Part shown: piece by piece, positions 8,955-19,757 of the stretch
How positions within the stretch are numbered: the stretch's first letter is position 1
Layout of the letters: each line of letters starts with the position of its first letter
DNA from: Candidatus Woesebacteria bacterium RIFCSPLOWO2_01_FULL_39_23
GTDB lineage: Bacteria > Patescibacteriota > Microgenomatia > UBA8517
Length of the DNA stretch: 64,000 nt
Direction of reading: 5' to 3'
NCBI GenBank assembly: GCA_001793095.1
Contig: MGHG01000009.1
Span: forward strand, 221,849-285,848
Translations under genes and position numbers: made by a program
The notes under the pieces: generated by a model
Database searches by the model: none
What the model was told of the DNA's origin: nothing
What the model saw: only the letters and a program-made list of their open reading frames with translations

Positions 8955-10311
8955 ATATATGATTATCTACCATACCTATGATAATACCTACTAATAGCCA
9001 AAATACGATAACAAATTTCGATGCCTCAAAGACATCAATAAAAAACGCATTGATACCAACTCCAATTAGAGACGCTGACACGCCAGTAATAAAAGCCAGT
9101 TCTAACCTCTGAAAATGTAAAGAAAAAGGGAATTTTAATAATATATCTTTTAATAATCTCACAAATATAAGGAGAAAAGAGGCAAAACCCAATAATCCGA
9201 CTTCTCCCAAAAGCCTAAGATAATCATTATCGGTAGCTAAAGTTATTGATGAAAAACCCGTACCTAAAAAAGGATTTTTAATTAACGCCCTAATTGCTCT
9301 AGGCCACTCTACATTCAATCTAATTGAAGTCGACCGATCTTCAATCGGAGGTTGCGGGGTTGGTGTGGGAGTCGGATGGTCTCGCCTTGGCGACACTAAA
9401 TTCTCTGAGGCAAATACAAGAGGAGCGGTTAACGAATAATTAATCAAATATTTGCCTTTTAAGACATCAAATACTCTCGAATATCGCGCAATCAGATTGG
9501 ATGAATAACCAACAAAAACCAAACTTATTACAAATATCACTAGTATTTCTTTATACTTTTTTAACATTAATAAGCTCAATGTTGTCGCCAGTAAATAAGA
9601 AAAAAGGGAAATTCTTGAGGCTGCATTTACCATAAGCCAAAGCCCCATAAAAATTACACCACCAATGAGCAATTTGTCACGATACTTCTTAAGAATAAAA
9701 AACAGAGCTATTAAAAAAGGTAAAGTCAAAACCAAAAAAGTAGATAAATCGTAATGGCCTGCAAAGGTTGAATTTACGTGACTACCCGGAATATATCTCA
9801 ATGCAACTCCCTTAGAATATTCGGCGTTTTGAGTAATTATTATCGGCCAATAAAAATGTTTTTGACCGAAGCCATATATAAAGCAAAGCACAATAACTAT
9901 TAAAAAGAGCTTTACATAATAGTTCAAATCTCCTTTATTCAGTTTGATTGCTAAAATACCTATGAAAAACGCCGTGAAATATTCTATCCTTCTTATCCAG
10001 TGTAATATACCCAAATGAGGAAGCACGGTTTTAAGTACTATAATTCCAAAGAGAGTAGATACCAATCCAATTATCAAAAACAATAATATCCCAATAACAA
10101 TATCAGACTTGAGTAGGTTTTTCAGTCTTGTTATTGATATGAGCACAAAAAAAGAAAAAGTCAAAGCCAAAAGAAAATCTTCTAACCTTACTGAGACAAA
10201 GGTTCCCGGGACCTCGATTAAAGGAAATTTAGGGTACAGTGGAACAGCAAGAATAATTGCGGAAACTAAATACTTGTATATTATTTTAAGCTTGGACGAA
10301 CGCTCGTGCAT
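8944..10311 (-). CDS. O-antigen ligase / Wzy_C-family membrane protein
   Basis: Polytopic, with the characteristic late motif RLNVEWPRAIRALIKNPFLGTGFSS...TDNDYLRLLGEVGLLG, close to the WaaL/Wzy_C signature. It contains a PTPTPTPQPP linker. Confidence 0.5.
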   Translation of the reverse strand: MHERSSKLKIIYKYLVSAIILAVPLYPKFPLIEVPGTFVSVRLEDFLLALTFSFFVLISITRLKNLLKSDIVIGILLFLIIGLVSTLFGIIVLKTVLPHLGILHWIRRIEYFTAFFIGILAIKLNKGDLNYYVKLFLIVIVLCFIYGFGQKHFYWPIIITQNAEYSKGVALRYIPGSHVNSTFAGHYDLSTFLVLTLPFLIALFFILKKYRDKLLIGGVIFMGLWLMVNAASRISLFSYLLATTLSLLMLKKYKEILVIFVISLVFVGYSSNLIARYSRVFDVLKGKYLINYSLTAPLVFASENLVSPRRDHPTPTPTPQPPIEDRSTSIRLNVEWPRAIRALIKNPFLGTGFSSITLATDNDYLRLLGEVGLLGFASFLLIFVRLLKDILLKFPFSLHFQRLELAFITGVSASLIGVGINAFFIDVFEASKFVIVFWLLVGIIIGMVDNHIYEE

Positions 10312-11260
10312 ATGTTTTTATCGCACCCTTTCCTTCAATCAGGCCGAATACAATAATACGAAATAGCGCACCAGCTTTTAATATTACTCTCAGAATAGGA
10401 TACTTCCAGACAGAATAGTGTTTTTTATAAAAGAGTTTAATTCCCGCGTATTCGGATAATATCGGATAGGGGGATTTTGAACTCGCTCCTCCTAGATGAG
10501 TTATTTCCCACTGAGGAAGATACCACACCTCCCAGCCGTATTTTTTAATTCTAAAGCATAAATCAGTGTCTTCGGTATACATAAAATAATCTTCGTCAAA
10601 TAGTCCACTCTTATCCAAGGCGGTTTTTCTTAACATCATAAAGGCACCGGTTATCCATTCTACTTCACGCGGTGATTGATAATATATTTCTCCTTTGTAA
10701 AAAGGGGATCTCCTGTGCATTGGATGAAATGGCTTAATAAGTGTGTCAATTAAGGGTATATCGTCCAAAAAAAACATCCAGGCAAATACTCTGAAGAGTG
10801 ACGGAAAGTATCCGCCTGTTCCCTGCAAAGTATTATCACTATTTAATAACGCACAAGTAGCTGCACCGACTTTTAGCCTTTTATCCATCCAACCAGCCAT
10901 GCCGGCTAAAACATTGCTTTTTACAATGGTGTCCGAATTAAGTAAAAGCACATACTTACCATTGGCTCTATTAATGCCTTGATTAGTCGCTCTCCCGAAC
11001 CCGACATTTTTTTTATTAGTTATTATTTTCATCTGTAATGCCGAATCTGCTTGACTTTGTCCTGGATCGTGAGCTTGCCGAATCATTGTTTTTTGGAGCT
11101 TGCGTATTGCAGTTACGCTGCCGTCGGTCGAAGCATTATCTACAACAATTACTTCATAAGTTAAGTTATGCGTATTATTAAAAATAGAATTTAAACACCC
11201 CACAAGAAGTTCTTTAGTATTGTAACTTGTAATAACTATAGAAAGATCAATTTTTCCCAT
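10286..11260 (-). CDS. Glycosyltransferase family 2
   Basis: LSIVITSYNTKELL...VVDNASTDGS N-terminal GT2 signature. Confidence 0.8.
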   Translation of the reverse strand: MGKIDLSIVITSYNTKELLVGCLNSIFNNTHNLTYEVIVVDNASTDGSVTAIRKLQKTMIRQAHDPGQSQADSALQMKIITNKKNVGFGRATNQGINRANGKYVLLLNSDTIVKSNVLAGMAGWMDKRLKVGAATCALLNSDNTLQGTGGYFPSLFRVFAWMFFLDDIPLIDTLIKPFHPMHRRSPFYKGEIYYQSPREVEWITGAFMMLRKTALDKSGLFDEDYFMYTEDTDLCFRIKKYGWEVWYLPQWEITHLGGASSKSPYPILSEYAGIKLFYKKHYSVWKYPILRVILKAGALFRIIVFGLIEGKGAIKTYARAFVQA

Positions 11261-11816
11261 ATTTTTGAAAAGAGATTATTGTTTTTATTATTTCTTTAGT
11301 CAATATAAAGATCAGTGCCACAGTCAGGAGACCAAACACTATGCGTACAAAAACACTTGAGCGGATATACCTGACGGTTATTTTCTGACTCCACACGCGC
11401 CCTTCGATAAAAATCGCATCTTTCGAATCTTTCGGCTCAAAACCGTTAATAAAAACGGACTCCCTAAAGGGATGAACTATTTCTTCCAAAAATGTACTTC
11501 TGGTTTGGTCTCTAATAATACTTTGGGCATCTTCAGGAGGGTAATTTAATCTATATGAAAGTAAATTTAAACCAAAATACCCGGGCAGTTTAAATTCACC
11601 AGAATAATAATCCATAACCTCCGAGCGCGTGTAATTCGTAAAATATGCACGGCGCAATGGCGTTTCGCTATCACCCGGTTCTTTCGACTGAAGTGCATCC
11701 GGGGGCGGAGAAGGAAAATCAGGTTGGGGATAAGATAAATAAAGAAGAAAAATAACCGACACCAGGAGATATCCAAAAAATATTATTTTTCTCATGTTCA
11801 TCGCCTTCCATTTCAC
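11247..11816 (-). CDS. Hypothetical bitopic membrane protein
   Basis: 189 aa with an N-terminal TM helix ([17 protein letters not shown]), a proline-rich segment, and a C-terminal TM helix. No family was recognised. Confidence 0.4.
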   Translation of the reverse strand: MKWKAMNMRKIIFFGYLLVSVIFLLYLSYPQPDFPSPPPDALQSKEPGDSETPLRRAYFTNYTRSEVMDYYSGEFKLPGYFGLNLLSYRLNYPPEDAQSIIRDQTRSTFLEEIVHPFRESVFINGFEPKDSKDAIFIEGRVWSQKITVRYIRSSVFVRIVFGLLTVALIFILTKEIIKTIISFQKYGKN

Positions 11817-12454
11817 TGAAACAATCTGGCTCTTCCCAACCTATAATTCGGGTTTTTGAGCTTACGTTCACCGATAATTTTTGCCGGAATTCCGCCTACG
11901 ATGCTATATGCGTCAACGTTTTTTGTAACAACTGCTCCTGCAGCAACTATCGCACCCTTTCCTATTTCTACACCGGGTAAAATAATGGCTCTTGGACCAA
12001 CAAAAACATAATCGTTTATCGTAACAGGCGCATCAATTGCTTTAAACTCGGGGTCTTCAACGTCATGCTCTGAATTATAAATCAATACATCAGTCGCTAT
12101 ATCAACGTGGTCTCCAATTACCAATTTATTTCTTCCGTCCAGAAAAGTTCCCCGTCCGATTATTGAATCCATACCAATAGTTATGCCTTTGGGATCGAAA
12201 AATTTACACCCCATATGCAGTACAGAATTTTTGCCTATTTTTGCACCGGAAAAAATGAACACAATTCTTCTTAATACATGAAAAGGAACATGAAAACTAA
12301 TTACGTGTATTACATACAGTTTTATATCTAGCGCCCAATTACTAATACGGGATTTAATTTTCTTTGATGCCTTCCGAGCAGTTAAAACATTCCCATTTTT
12401 ATCAGTTAAACTCAATTTACCTTTACTAAATCTGATGTTTTCAGAATAAATCAT
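11813..12454 (-). CDS. Hexapeptide-repeat (LbH) sugar O-acetyltransferase
   Basis: Left-handed beta-helix repeats: [14 protein letters not shown]...[46 protein letters not shown]. Confidence 0.8.
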   Translation of the reverse strand: MIYSENIRFSKGKLSLTDKNGNVLTARKASKKIKSRISNWALDIKLYVIHVISFHVPFHVLRRIVFIFSGAKIGKNSVLHMGCKFFDPKGITIGMDSIIGRGTFLDGRNKLVIGDHVDIATDVLIYNSEHDVEDPEFKAIDAPVTINDYVFVGPRAIILPGVEIGKGAIVAAGAVVTKNVDAYSIVGGIPAKIIGERKLKNPNYRLGRARLFQ

Positions 12455-12459
12455 ACGTA

Positions 12460-13626
12460 CTAAGAAATTGCTTTTGTTAATACCGATAAAGTTTTTCTAG
12501 CAGCTTCCTCCCATGAGAATTTATTTGATTGTAATAGCAGTTTCTTCTTAAGTATATTATATTCTCTATCATGCAGCGATAAAACCTTTCTAATTCCACC
12601 GGCAATACCCTCAGGATCGTAAGGATCAACATAAATACCGGCGTTGCCGGCTACCTCGGGTAAGCTGCCCATTTTACTAATAACAACCGGAATTCCGCAC
12701 GCCATGGCCTCTAACACATGCATGCCAAAACCTTCCCAAAAGGAAGGGGAGATTAATAGTTCTGATCCTGAAATTAGTAATGCTTTATCCGATTCTTTTA
12801 TAAAATCAGTAAAGATAATATCCGCTTCCAAATTCAGCTGAGCGACTTCTTGAAAAATAGAATCATATAACCATCCTTTTTTACCGGCGATAACTAATAA
12901 AGGTAGGTTGTGATCACTAAATTGCTCCTTTAAAATTTTATAAGCCCGAATAATACCCATAAGATTCTTGCTTGGTTTTAATGTACTTAAGAAAATAATA
13001 TAGGATCTATCGATTTTATATCTTTTAAGAATGTGTCGCACATCATTATTCGGTATATCTAAGTTAAAACGTGACTTATCATAACCATGATGCACAACTA
13101 CAGTCTTATTAATGGCAAAAGGATAATGTCGTACAATATCTTTCTTCGTAGAATTAGAAACAGCTATTATATATTTTGATACATTTATTGAAATGGCACT
13201 CCACAACTTTAACTGCCAAAAGTCTCGTTTTTTGAATTGTTCCGAAAATTTGAGATAACCTAGATCATGAATTACACATACCATCGGTACGAGAGAAAAT
13301 GGCGGTAAATAATGGTTTGGAGAGAAAAATACGTCAGGTTTACGACTCTTTATCAGTTCCGGCATTAATTTTTTTACAATCCATAACCCTTCACCCTTCA
13401 AAATTCTATATTTCCACCCAGGAATCTCCTCGGGAAGGTCGTCTAATGGTATATTTTTTAAGAAAACTTCAAATTCATATGCATCTTTCCATTCATTTCT
13501 TAACTTATATATACCCCATAATATTTCATAAGCATATTGGTGTACACCAACACGCATACTTATATTCGCTTCATTACCATCAATACCAATTAATCGCCTA
13601 AAATTTAGATTCTTCATATACTTCAA
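12460..13626 (-). CDS. Glycosyltransferase family 4
   Basis: [30 protein letters not shown] motif. Confidence 0.8.
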   Translation of the reverse strand: MKYMKNLNFRRLIGIDGNEANISMRVGVHQYAYEILWGIYKLRNEWKDAYEFEVFLKNIPLDDLPEEIPGWKYRILKGEGLWIVKKLMPELIKSRKPDVFFSPNHYLPPFSLVPMVCVIHDLGYLKFSEQFKKRDFWQLKLWSAISINVSKYIIAVSNSTKKDIVRHYPFAINKTVVVHHGYDKSRFNLDIPNNDVRHILKRYKIDRSYIIFLSTLKPSKNLMGIIRAYKILKEQFSDHNLPLLVIAGKKGWLYDSIFQEVAQLNLEADIIFTDFIKESDKALLISGSELLISPSFWEGFGMHVLEAMACGIPVVISKMGSLPEVAGNAGIYVDPYDPEGIAGGIRKVLSLHDREYNILKKKLLLQSNKFSWEEAARKTLSVLTKAIS

Positions 13627-14689
13627 GAGTCATGTGAGCAGTTTTATCCCAGGAATATTTTCTTGAAACATCTCTTCCCCTTTTTATCAGTTCTTTTTTA
13701 TTACTTATCGCGTTTAGGATCCCTTTCGTAATTGAGTCAACACTATAAGGATCTACCAGCTCGGAGGCGTCACCCGCAACCTCTTTCATACTACCAATAT
13801 TCGAGGTAACAACAGGTGTTCTTGAAGCATACGCTTCTAATATTGGCAATCCGAAACCCTCGTACAAAGACGGATAAACGAGGAGGGTCGATCCTGAGAA
13901 GAGTGCCGGTAAATCGTGTGTTGGTACACGACCTAAAAATATCACACCACGACCAGCTTCGAAACTACTTGATTTCTCACCAACAACAACTAGTTTTATA
14001 TCCATATCAGGCTTGATTCGTTCATATGCAGCTATAATCCTGCTTAAATTTTTTCTTGGTGCCGTACCAATTGTCAGCATATATTTACCAAGTATCTTGT
14101 ATTTCCTTTTTACAGGCTCAATAACTTCCGGTTTTAGAGATTTAAAAATTGAATTTGGAGCCTCCGGTATTAGTCTTATTGTTTTTTCATTAAAACCTAT
14201 TTGTACTAAATCATTTACGGTTGTCACGGAGGGAACAATGATCCGATCAATTTCTTTTGCTACTATACTGAGTCTTCTTTTATGTACAGCAACAAGTTTC
14301 GGATCAGATATTTTGGGATATAAAATTGGCACCAAATCATGAATCGTGGTAATTTTAAATGCTTTGCTCGGAGGTTGCGACCAATCTGATGAATGAAATA
14401 CATCCACCCGACCAATTAAATTTTCGATCGGAAGAATATGTAGGTTATTCCAAACAAAATCTGCCAGATTTGGAGGAAAAGGATAAATTTTCACCAAACT
14501 CCGATTTTCATAATTTTCACAGATATTACTTGCCTCCTTTTTCAACTCGTTAAATCTTCTTAATGACCCACCAAAAATTACATATCTGTTGTCATTATCT
14601 AACTCAATTAACTTCGAAACCAAGTTCTTAGTGTAATAAGAAACACCCGTTCCGTAAACAATTTGCGAAATATCAATTGCTATTTTCAT
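13598..14689 (-). CDS. Glycosyltransferase family 4
   Basis: EGFGLPILEAYASRTPVVTSNIGSMKEVAGD motif. Confidence 0.8.
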   Translation of the reverse strand: MKIAIDISQIVYGTGVSYYTKNLVSKLIELDNDNRYVIFGGSLRRFNELKKEASNICENYENRSLVKIYPFPPNLADFVWNNLHILPIENLIGRVDVFHSSDWSQPPSKAFKITTIHDLVPILYPKISDPKLVAVHKRRLSIVAKEIDRIIVPSVTTVNDLVQIGFNEKTIRLIPEAPNSIFKSLKPEVIEPVKRKYKILGKYMLTIGTAPRKNLSRIIAAYERIKPDMDIKLVVVGEKSSSFEAGRGVIFLGRVPTHDLPALFSGSTLLVYPSLYEGFGLPILEAYASRTPVVTSNIGSMKEVAGDASELVDPYSVDSITKGILNAISNKKELIKRGRDVSRKYSWDKTAHMTLEVYEESKF

Positions 14690-16143
14690 TATTCTTTAAC
14701 CCAATATTCTATCTCACCCACGCCGTTAAAAACAAAGATGCTATCTTTCTTGTAGTTATTAACTGCTATGACATCTCGTACAATGCCCCTCGGGTCAATT
14801 AAGTCTTGCAGATAGTTAAAATAGTAAACACCGTTTCTGTTTTTTATCAACAACTCAGTTTTAAATCTTGTCTCCTCATCATTTATACTAACAGAATTTG
14901 TAGCACCCCCTGAGTTAATAGCGGCATTTTTATACCAAGTGAAAGGTGCAAAAGATTCAGGGTTCGAAAACAACACAATTTCATCATTCTTAACCGTATG
15001 ATTAAGATAAGCTAGGGTGTTTTTCCAGTCTTCTCTCTTTTGCTTGTTATCGGAATAATACACAACTAAACTAAATGCATTAACAATTACAAAAATTGCA
15101 ATTAATAAATTTCTGACTTTCAAGTTAATCAGACTAGAGGTGCCCCATGCAATTAATAAATAGAAAGCCGGTACTATAAACATAAACCTAAAATATATAA
15201 ATGCTGGAATAAAAAAGGAAAAAACAAATGTCAACGTCAACGGCACAAAAAACCAAAGGTGGATTAAGAAAAACGAACCCGCTCTCCTTAAAGAGTTAAT
15301 TAAAGCACATCCAAAAGGAACAGAGGATACCAATATGAGCGTGTAATAAAATATTTTGTTATAAAAAGAGATTCTTCCAAGTGTAAACTTTGTCCAAACT
15401 AAAAGAAGTTGTTTAAAAGTCGAACCACCCGCCAGCTCTCTCCAAGCAGGTAAATTTTCCAAAACCCATTTCCCACCTGCAAGTTGGGCTCTAAAAATAG
15501 GCAACCACAATAATCCTACCACCACCAGGGGAATGTGAGAAATGAGTAATCCAATCCACCAACTCTTATCTTTTTTCGTTACTAAGCCGTAAAGCCAAAA
15601 AACAGGGATAATAAAAACAGGTACGTAATCACTAAAGACTAACATGAGAAGCGATAAGCTAAAAAATATCCAATATTTTAAGTTATCCTTGACTTGACCG
15701 ATAACTAACAGGAAATAAATGGTTGTTGCAGCAAAAAAAGAAGTTTGCGAGTACATTCTTGCTTCTTGTGAATAATAAATATGAAACTGGGACGTTGCAA
15801 TTAAAAAAGCCGAAAATATCGGAAAAATACTTTTGCTATGCTTAATAAACTTCCCGGCAATCAAATAAGTTATATAAACAGTAAGTACGCCGAATATTAT
15901 AGAAGGCAGTCGAATTGAAAGTTCTGAATACCCAAACAAGCCGGTCCACAGCTTCAATATTAGGTAGTACAAAGGGGGATGATTATCGTGTAGAGGAAAA
16001 TGCAACAACACCCGGTTTATGGTTTCGTTTTTTACAAGATTAGCACCAATCGCTTCATCAAGCCAAAGAGATTGGTTTACCGAAATCAACCTCAGAACGA
16101 AAGCTACAAGCAAAAGTAGCGCAAGTTTTAAACTGATTTTCAC
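14689..16143 (-). CDS. Polytopic membrane glycosyltransferase, GT-C fold (PMT_2/ArnT-like)
   Basis: LWLDEAIGA motif immediately after TM1, at least 11 TM helices, and a C-terminal soluble domain. Confidence 0.55.
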   Translation of the reverse strand: MKISLKLALLLLVAFVLRLISVNQSLWLDEAIGANLVKNETINRVLLHFPLHDNHPPLYYLILKLWTGLFGYSELSIRLPSIIFGVLTVYITYLIAGKFIKHSKSIFPIFSAFLIATSQFHIYYSQEARMYSQTSFFAATTIYFLLVIGQVKDNLKYWIFFSLSLLMLVFSDYVPVFIIPVFWLYGLVTKKDKSWWIGLLISHIPLVVVGLLWLPIFRAQLAGGKWVLENLPAWRELAGGSTFKQLLLVWTKFTLGRISFYNKIFYYTLILVSSVPFGCALINSLRRAGSFFLIHLWFFVPLTLTFVFSFFIPAFIYFRFMFIVPAFYLLIAWGTSSLINLKVRNLLIAIFVIVNAFSLVVYYSDNKQKREDWKNTLAYLNHTVKNDEIVLFSNPESFAPFTWYKNAAINSGGATNSVSINDEETRFKTELLIKNRNGVYYFNYLQDLIDPRGIVRDVIAVNNYKKDSIFVFNGVGEIEYWVKE

Positions 16144-16172
16144 TACCTAATTATACTTGGAAATAATCAAAG

Positions 16173-17675
16173 TTAGAAACTGAAATTGTAATATTTAAGT
16201 TGACCGAGCTGTACTTGATTCAACCGTCGAACCTTTTGAGGTAATACATAAAGCTTGGTCGGATAACCGTCCTTCTTCAACCTGAAGTAACCCGTCGTTA
16301 GTTCGTTAGCCGACTTCCCCATACAATCGCAGTAAAAAAATGTCGGAGGAGTTTCTTTAATATGAGCCGTCACGGCTTCGGCAATTAAAGGGGTTTTCAT
16401 CATCCAATCATAATAAAATAAATAATCCATTGCATGCTCAACGTCTCCCTGCCAATAAATTAAAAATTCATCGGGCACAACAAACAAAGTATCATTATTA
16501 TCTCTCATAATCCGAACTGCTTCACCGTAGTCGAATTGTCTCGAATAGTTGATATAGTAACGCTCGTTCTTATTTATGTTTTGGGTTAAAGTAGCGCTCG
16601 ATAAAGGTAAAGCAACAAATATGGCAAAAAGCGGTAAAAGTGAGGAGTAAGAATTAAGAAGCTTCGTGCACACTATAATAATTGAAAAAATTAATAAACC
16701 GTACCAAGGCAGTAAATGAAAACCCCGATAATATTCTCCTCCGAAAGGAACAAACCTCAACGCCGCCAAAACAAGGAGAACGTAAACTATTAGAAAATCA
16801 ATTTTCTTACGTAATTTAATTAAAAGAAACGATCCAACTACTAAAATAAAAGATAATATCCTAAGTATCATCAAAAATTGGGTTGCGGCTATCCGTGGAT
16901 CAAATAGTAATATCGGGTAGAAAAAGGATTTAAACAACGCAAAATTTCCTGTCGTAGGAATATAATATTGAACATTAATATAAAACACCTGAAAAAAATA
17001 TTCAGACAAAGAAATAAAAGGCAATTGAAGCAAATAAGGTAATACTCCCGCAACTATATATTTTAAGTTTCTTTTCACTACACCCTGCGGGATCTTAAAT
17101 ACTATGCCCACATACAAAAATAGTGACAGTGGCCAAATAAATAGTAGGTTGGATAATAACATTCCTAGAACTAATGACGTTAAAAATAGCGTCTTAGGAT
17201 TAATACTTTTGTTGTAAAAGAAAACGAACGACAAATAAGCCAAGGGATAAACTGATAGAGATTCAGCTAGGAACAGGTCACCGAAAATATATATTTTTGA
17301 CAGTTCGTACAAAATAACAAAACTCAAACCCGCTGAACCATAACCCAAAGTTAGGAACATGCCCCAAATAAATGACCAAAGAATCATTGCCTGTCTATGC
17401 CTGGAAATTAAAGTAAAAATACTTCCCGGATGTGTTAATTTTTGTATTAAAGCGCTGGAGATATAGGCTAATGGTTGGTGTTGGGAAAATAGATCTGAAT
17501 ACAGTTTCTCCCCCTTTAAAATATAGCTTCCCAGGACAATGTTTTCTTCCTCATCTACAAAATGAATATTTAGGGCATGACGGTTATAAAAATACGACGT
17601 AAGTATCAGAAAAATTACGCCAAATACAATTAAAAAACCACGATTATTCACTCTTGTGGATATATTACGAAGCAT
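16173..17675 (-). CDS. Polytopic membrane protein, putative GT-C glycosyltransferase
   Basis: 500 aa. A DEEEN acidic motif follows TM1 (HFVDEEENIVLGSYILKGEKLYSDLFSQHQPLAY), then many TM helices and a soluble tail of about 130 aa. Confidence 0.4.
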   Translation of the reverse strand: MLRNISTRVNNRGFLIVFGVIFLILTSYFYNRHALNIHFVDEEENIVLGSYILKGEKLYSDLFSQHQPLAYISSALIQKLTHPGSIFTLISRHRQAMILWSFIWGMFLTLGYGSAGLSFVILYELSKIYIFGDLFLAESLSVYPLAYLSFVFFYNKSINPKTLFLTSLVLGMLLSNLLFIWPLSLFLYVGIVFKIPQGVVKRNLKYIVAGVLPYLLQLPFISLSEYFFQVFYINVQYYIPTTGNFALFKSFFYPILLFDPRIAATQFLMILRILSFILVVGSFLLIKLRKKIDFLIVYVLLVLAALRFVPFGGEYYRGFHLLPWYGLLIFSIIIVCTKLLNSYSSLLPLFAIFVALPLSSATLTQNINKNERYYINYSRQFDYGEAVRIMRDNNDTLFVVPDEFLIYWQGDVEHAMDYLFYYDWMMKTPLIAEAVTAHIKETPPTFFYCDCMGKSANELTTGYFRLKKDGYPTKLYVLPQKVRRLNQVQLGQLKYYNFSF

Positions 17676-17676
17676 A

Positions 17677-18513
17677 TTATTTGTAAACTTTACCCGTCAA
17701 CAGATTTTCTAAAATACCGAGGAAAATTCCGGAGTCATAAATGACCTTAAAAACAAGAAATCCGGGCGTTCGATTACTTATTGATTTATCGATTCCAATA
17801 ATTATAGAAACTGGCAGGCTCGATCTAAATAAAGCAATAATCTTCCCGATAATATCGAATTTATATTCTCTTTTTGCTACCCATTTGGCTTGATGAAAAA
17901 CGTCAAATAAATTACTTGGGTTTTTGTGATAAAAAATAGCGCCAGGTGCTGACTCGGCCATATAACCAAGCTTCGCATAAAGAGTATAATCATCTGTGTA
18001 ACCACCTTTATTAAAACCACCAACCTTATTAAACTCACTTTTTAATATTGCTCTAAATACTTTTTGTTTATCCGGATAATTTTTCGGGTGTCTTTTTTTA
18101 TGTTCCCAACCCTCGTTAAAATTCCAGCACTTCGCCCAGACATTATCCCAGTTACTTACATATTCTTCCTTACTGAATACCCCTTTATACTTCCCTTCTA
18201 TAATTGGTTTTACAAGAAATCTTAAAAAATCTTTACCAAAAATCATATCGGCATCCACAAAAACCAGAATTTGTCCTTTAGCTTGTTTTGCTCCTAAATT
18301 TCTTGCAACACCAGGCCCCTGATGTTTTTGACGTGTAACATGTAACTTATAACTTACTTGTAATTTTGTTATAACAGTCAAGGTATCATCAGTTGATCCA
18401 TCGTCCACGACAATTACCTCGAAATCTTTTATCGATTGTTTAGCTAATGAAAGTAGACACTCACCGATAACTTGTGCTTCGTTATATGTCGGTATAATTA
18501 CTGATATTTTCAT
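17677..18513 (-). CDS. Glycosyltransferase family 2
   Basis: MKISVIIPTYNEAQVIGECLLSLAKQSIKDFEVIVVDDGSTDDT. Confidence 0.8.
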   Translation of the reverse strand: MKISVIIPTYNEAQVIGECLLSLAKQSIKDFEVIVVDDGSTDDTLTVITKLQVSYKLHVTRQKHQGPGVARNLGAKQAKGQILVFVDADMIFGKDFLRFLVKPIIEGKYKGVFSKEEYVSNWDNVWAKCWNFNEGWEHKKRHPKNYPDKQKVFRAILKSEFNKVGGFNKGGYTDDYTLYAKLGYMAESAPGAIFYHKNPSNLFDVFHQAKWVAKREYKFDIIGKIIALFRSSLPVSIIIGIDKSISNRTPGFLVFKVIYDSGIFLGILENLLTGKVYK

Positions 18514-19757
18514 ATCTGCTTACTAAGCTTGTATAATGCATATTCTCTGCCGATAGCCGTCAAAATACTCTCGTTATATGGCAAGAAACTCGATAGTTCC
18601 CAAACGCCAGGGTTATCAAAATCATAGCTCTTTTTTGACAACACATAAACGCTCTTAGCTCCGGAATAATCAGTCACTCCCTTGGGCGTGAGATTATAAC
18701 TGAACTCCAGTGGATATCTTAATACGTGCCCCCGCGTATCGAAATCAGCAAGTACTACCACATTGAAATTGTCAGGGTTATCTTTCGCTATCATATCAGC
18801 TGCTTTGTAAATTCCCTTCACCGACAAATCTCCCGGCATACCCATTGGTGCTTTAAAGTCAATCCACGGTGAACGGATGTTCAGGTATATAAATATAATT
18901 AAAAGAATATACGCACTACCCTTACGAGATAAGTAAATTTTATGTAACACATACCCCAAAAACAAGGCAGTAATCGGTGCAAACTGTAAGAAATGATAAT
19001 AACTGATTGAACTAGTCCTTGATCCGTGAATTACGTCGGATAAATAAACTATCAAAGTTTTCGATAGATAAAAATTATGTCGCATATCAAAAATTATTGC
19101 CGGCATATTGGGTAGAGTTATTCCTACCAAAAAAAGCATTAGTGTAGCTACTTTCTTTTTGGTTAACTTTAAAGCAATGAATAGTACCAAAAGAAGTGTA
19201 AATAAATAATAATATTCGATCGATAATGCCGTCCCTGAAAGCAAACCTAAAAACAATGCATAGATTGGTTTTTTTCTCTTCGTTAATTTATAAAGAGTAT
19301 AAAAAGTTAACAATCCAAGTAAAATAATGTAATTCTGGTTCCAAATAAATAGCGAGTGATAAATCATCATGCCGCTGAAGAGGAAAATACTTACCGAAAA
19401 AATAGCAGTTCCCGGATTGCTAATTTCTAGCGCAAATTTGTATAAAAGTACCCCGATAAAAATATTAAGAAGACTGAAATAAGCGGTAATTAATATCGGA
19501 TTATAGCTAAAAAGAAGCTGAATAGGCATTAAGCTGTAAGTGAAAAGTGCCCCTGAATAAATTCTATGTCCCAAGGAATTAACTCTTTGGACATTCTCTT
19601 CTCCCAACAAAGAGAACTTTTCTTTAATCATTTTCCCTGAAGTTATTAAGCTAATCGCCTGTTCCGGTCCGAAAGTAATTCTGTCAGAAAAATTATAAAA
19701 TCTTATAAATATTGCAAGTACAAAAACAAGTACAACAAAAAGTTTCCTGTAATTCAT
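18510..19757 (-). CDS. Polytopic membrane protein, putative GT-C glycosyltransferase
   Basis: 415 aa. It has a GPEQA motif after TM1, multiple TM helices, and a C-terminal soluble domain of about 110 aa. Confidence 0.4.
   Translation of the reverse strand: MNYRKLFVVLVFVLAIFIRFYNFSDRITFGPEQAISLITSGKMIKEKFSLLGEENVQRVNSLGHRIYSGALFTYSLMPIQLLFSYNPILITAYFSLLNIFIGVLLYKFALEISNPGTAIFSVSIFLFSGMMIYHSLFIWNQNYIILLGLLTFYTLYKLTKRKKPIYALFLGLLSGTALSIEYYYLFTLLLVLFIALKLTKKKVATLMLFLVGITLPNMPAIIFDMRHNFYLSKTLIVYLSDVIHGSRTSSISYYHFLQFAPITALFLGYVLHKIYLSRKGSAYILLIIFIYLNIRSPWIDFKAPMGMPGDLSVKGIYKAADMIAKDNPDNFNVVVLADFDTRGHVLRYPLEFSYNLTPKGVTDYSGAKSVYVLSKKSYDFDNPGVWELSSFLPYNESILTAIGREYALYKLSKQI

Noticed and set aside
11567-11776. 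69-aa ORF nested in the same strand as 11247-11816
   Set aside because: It is an out-of-frame nested ORF inside a longer ORF, with no support.
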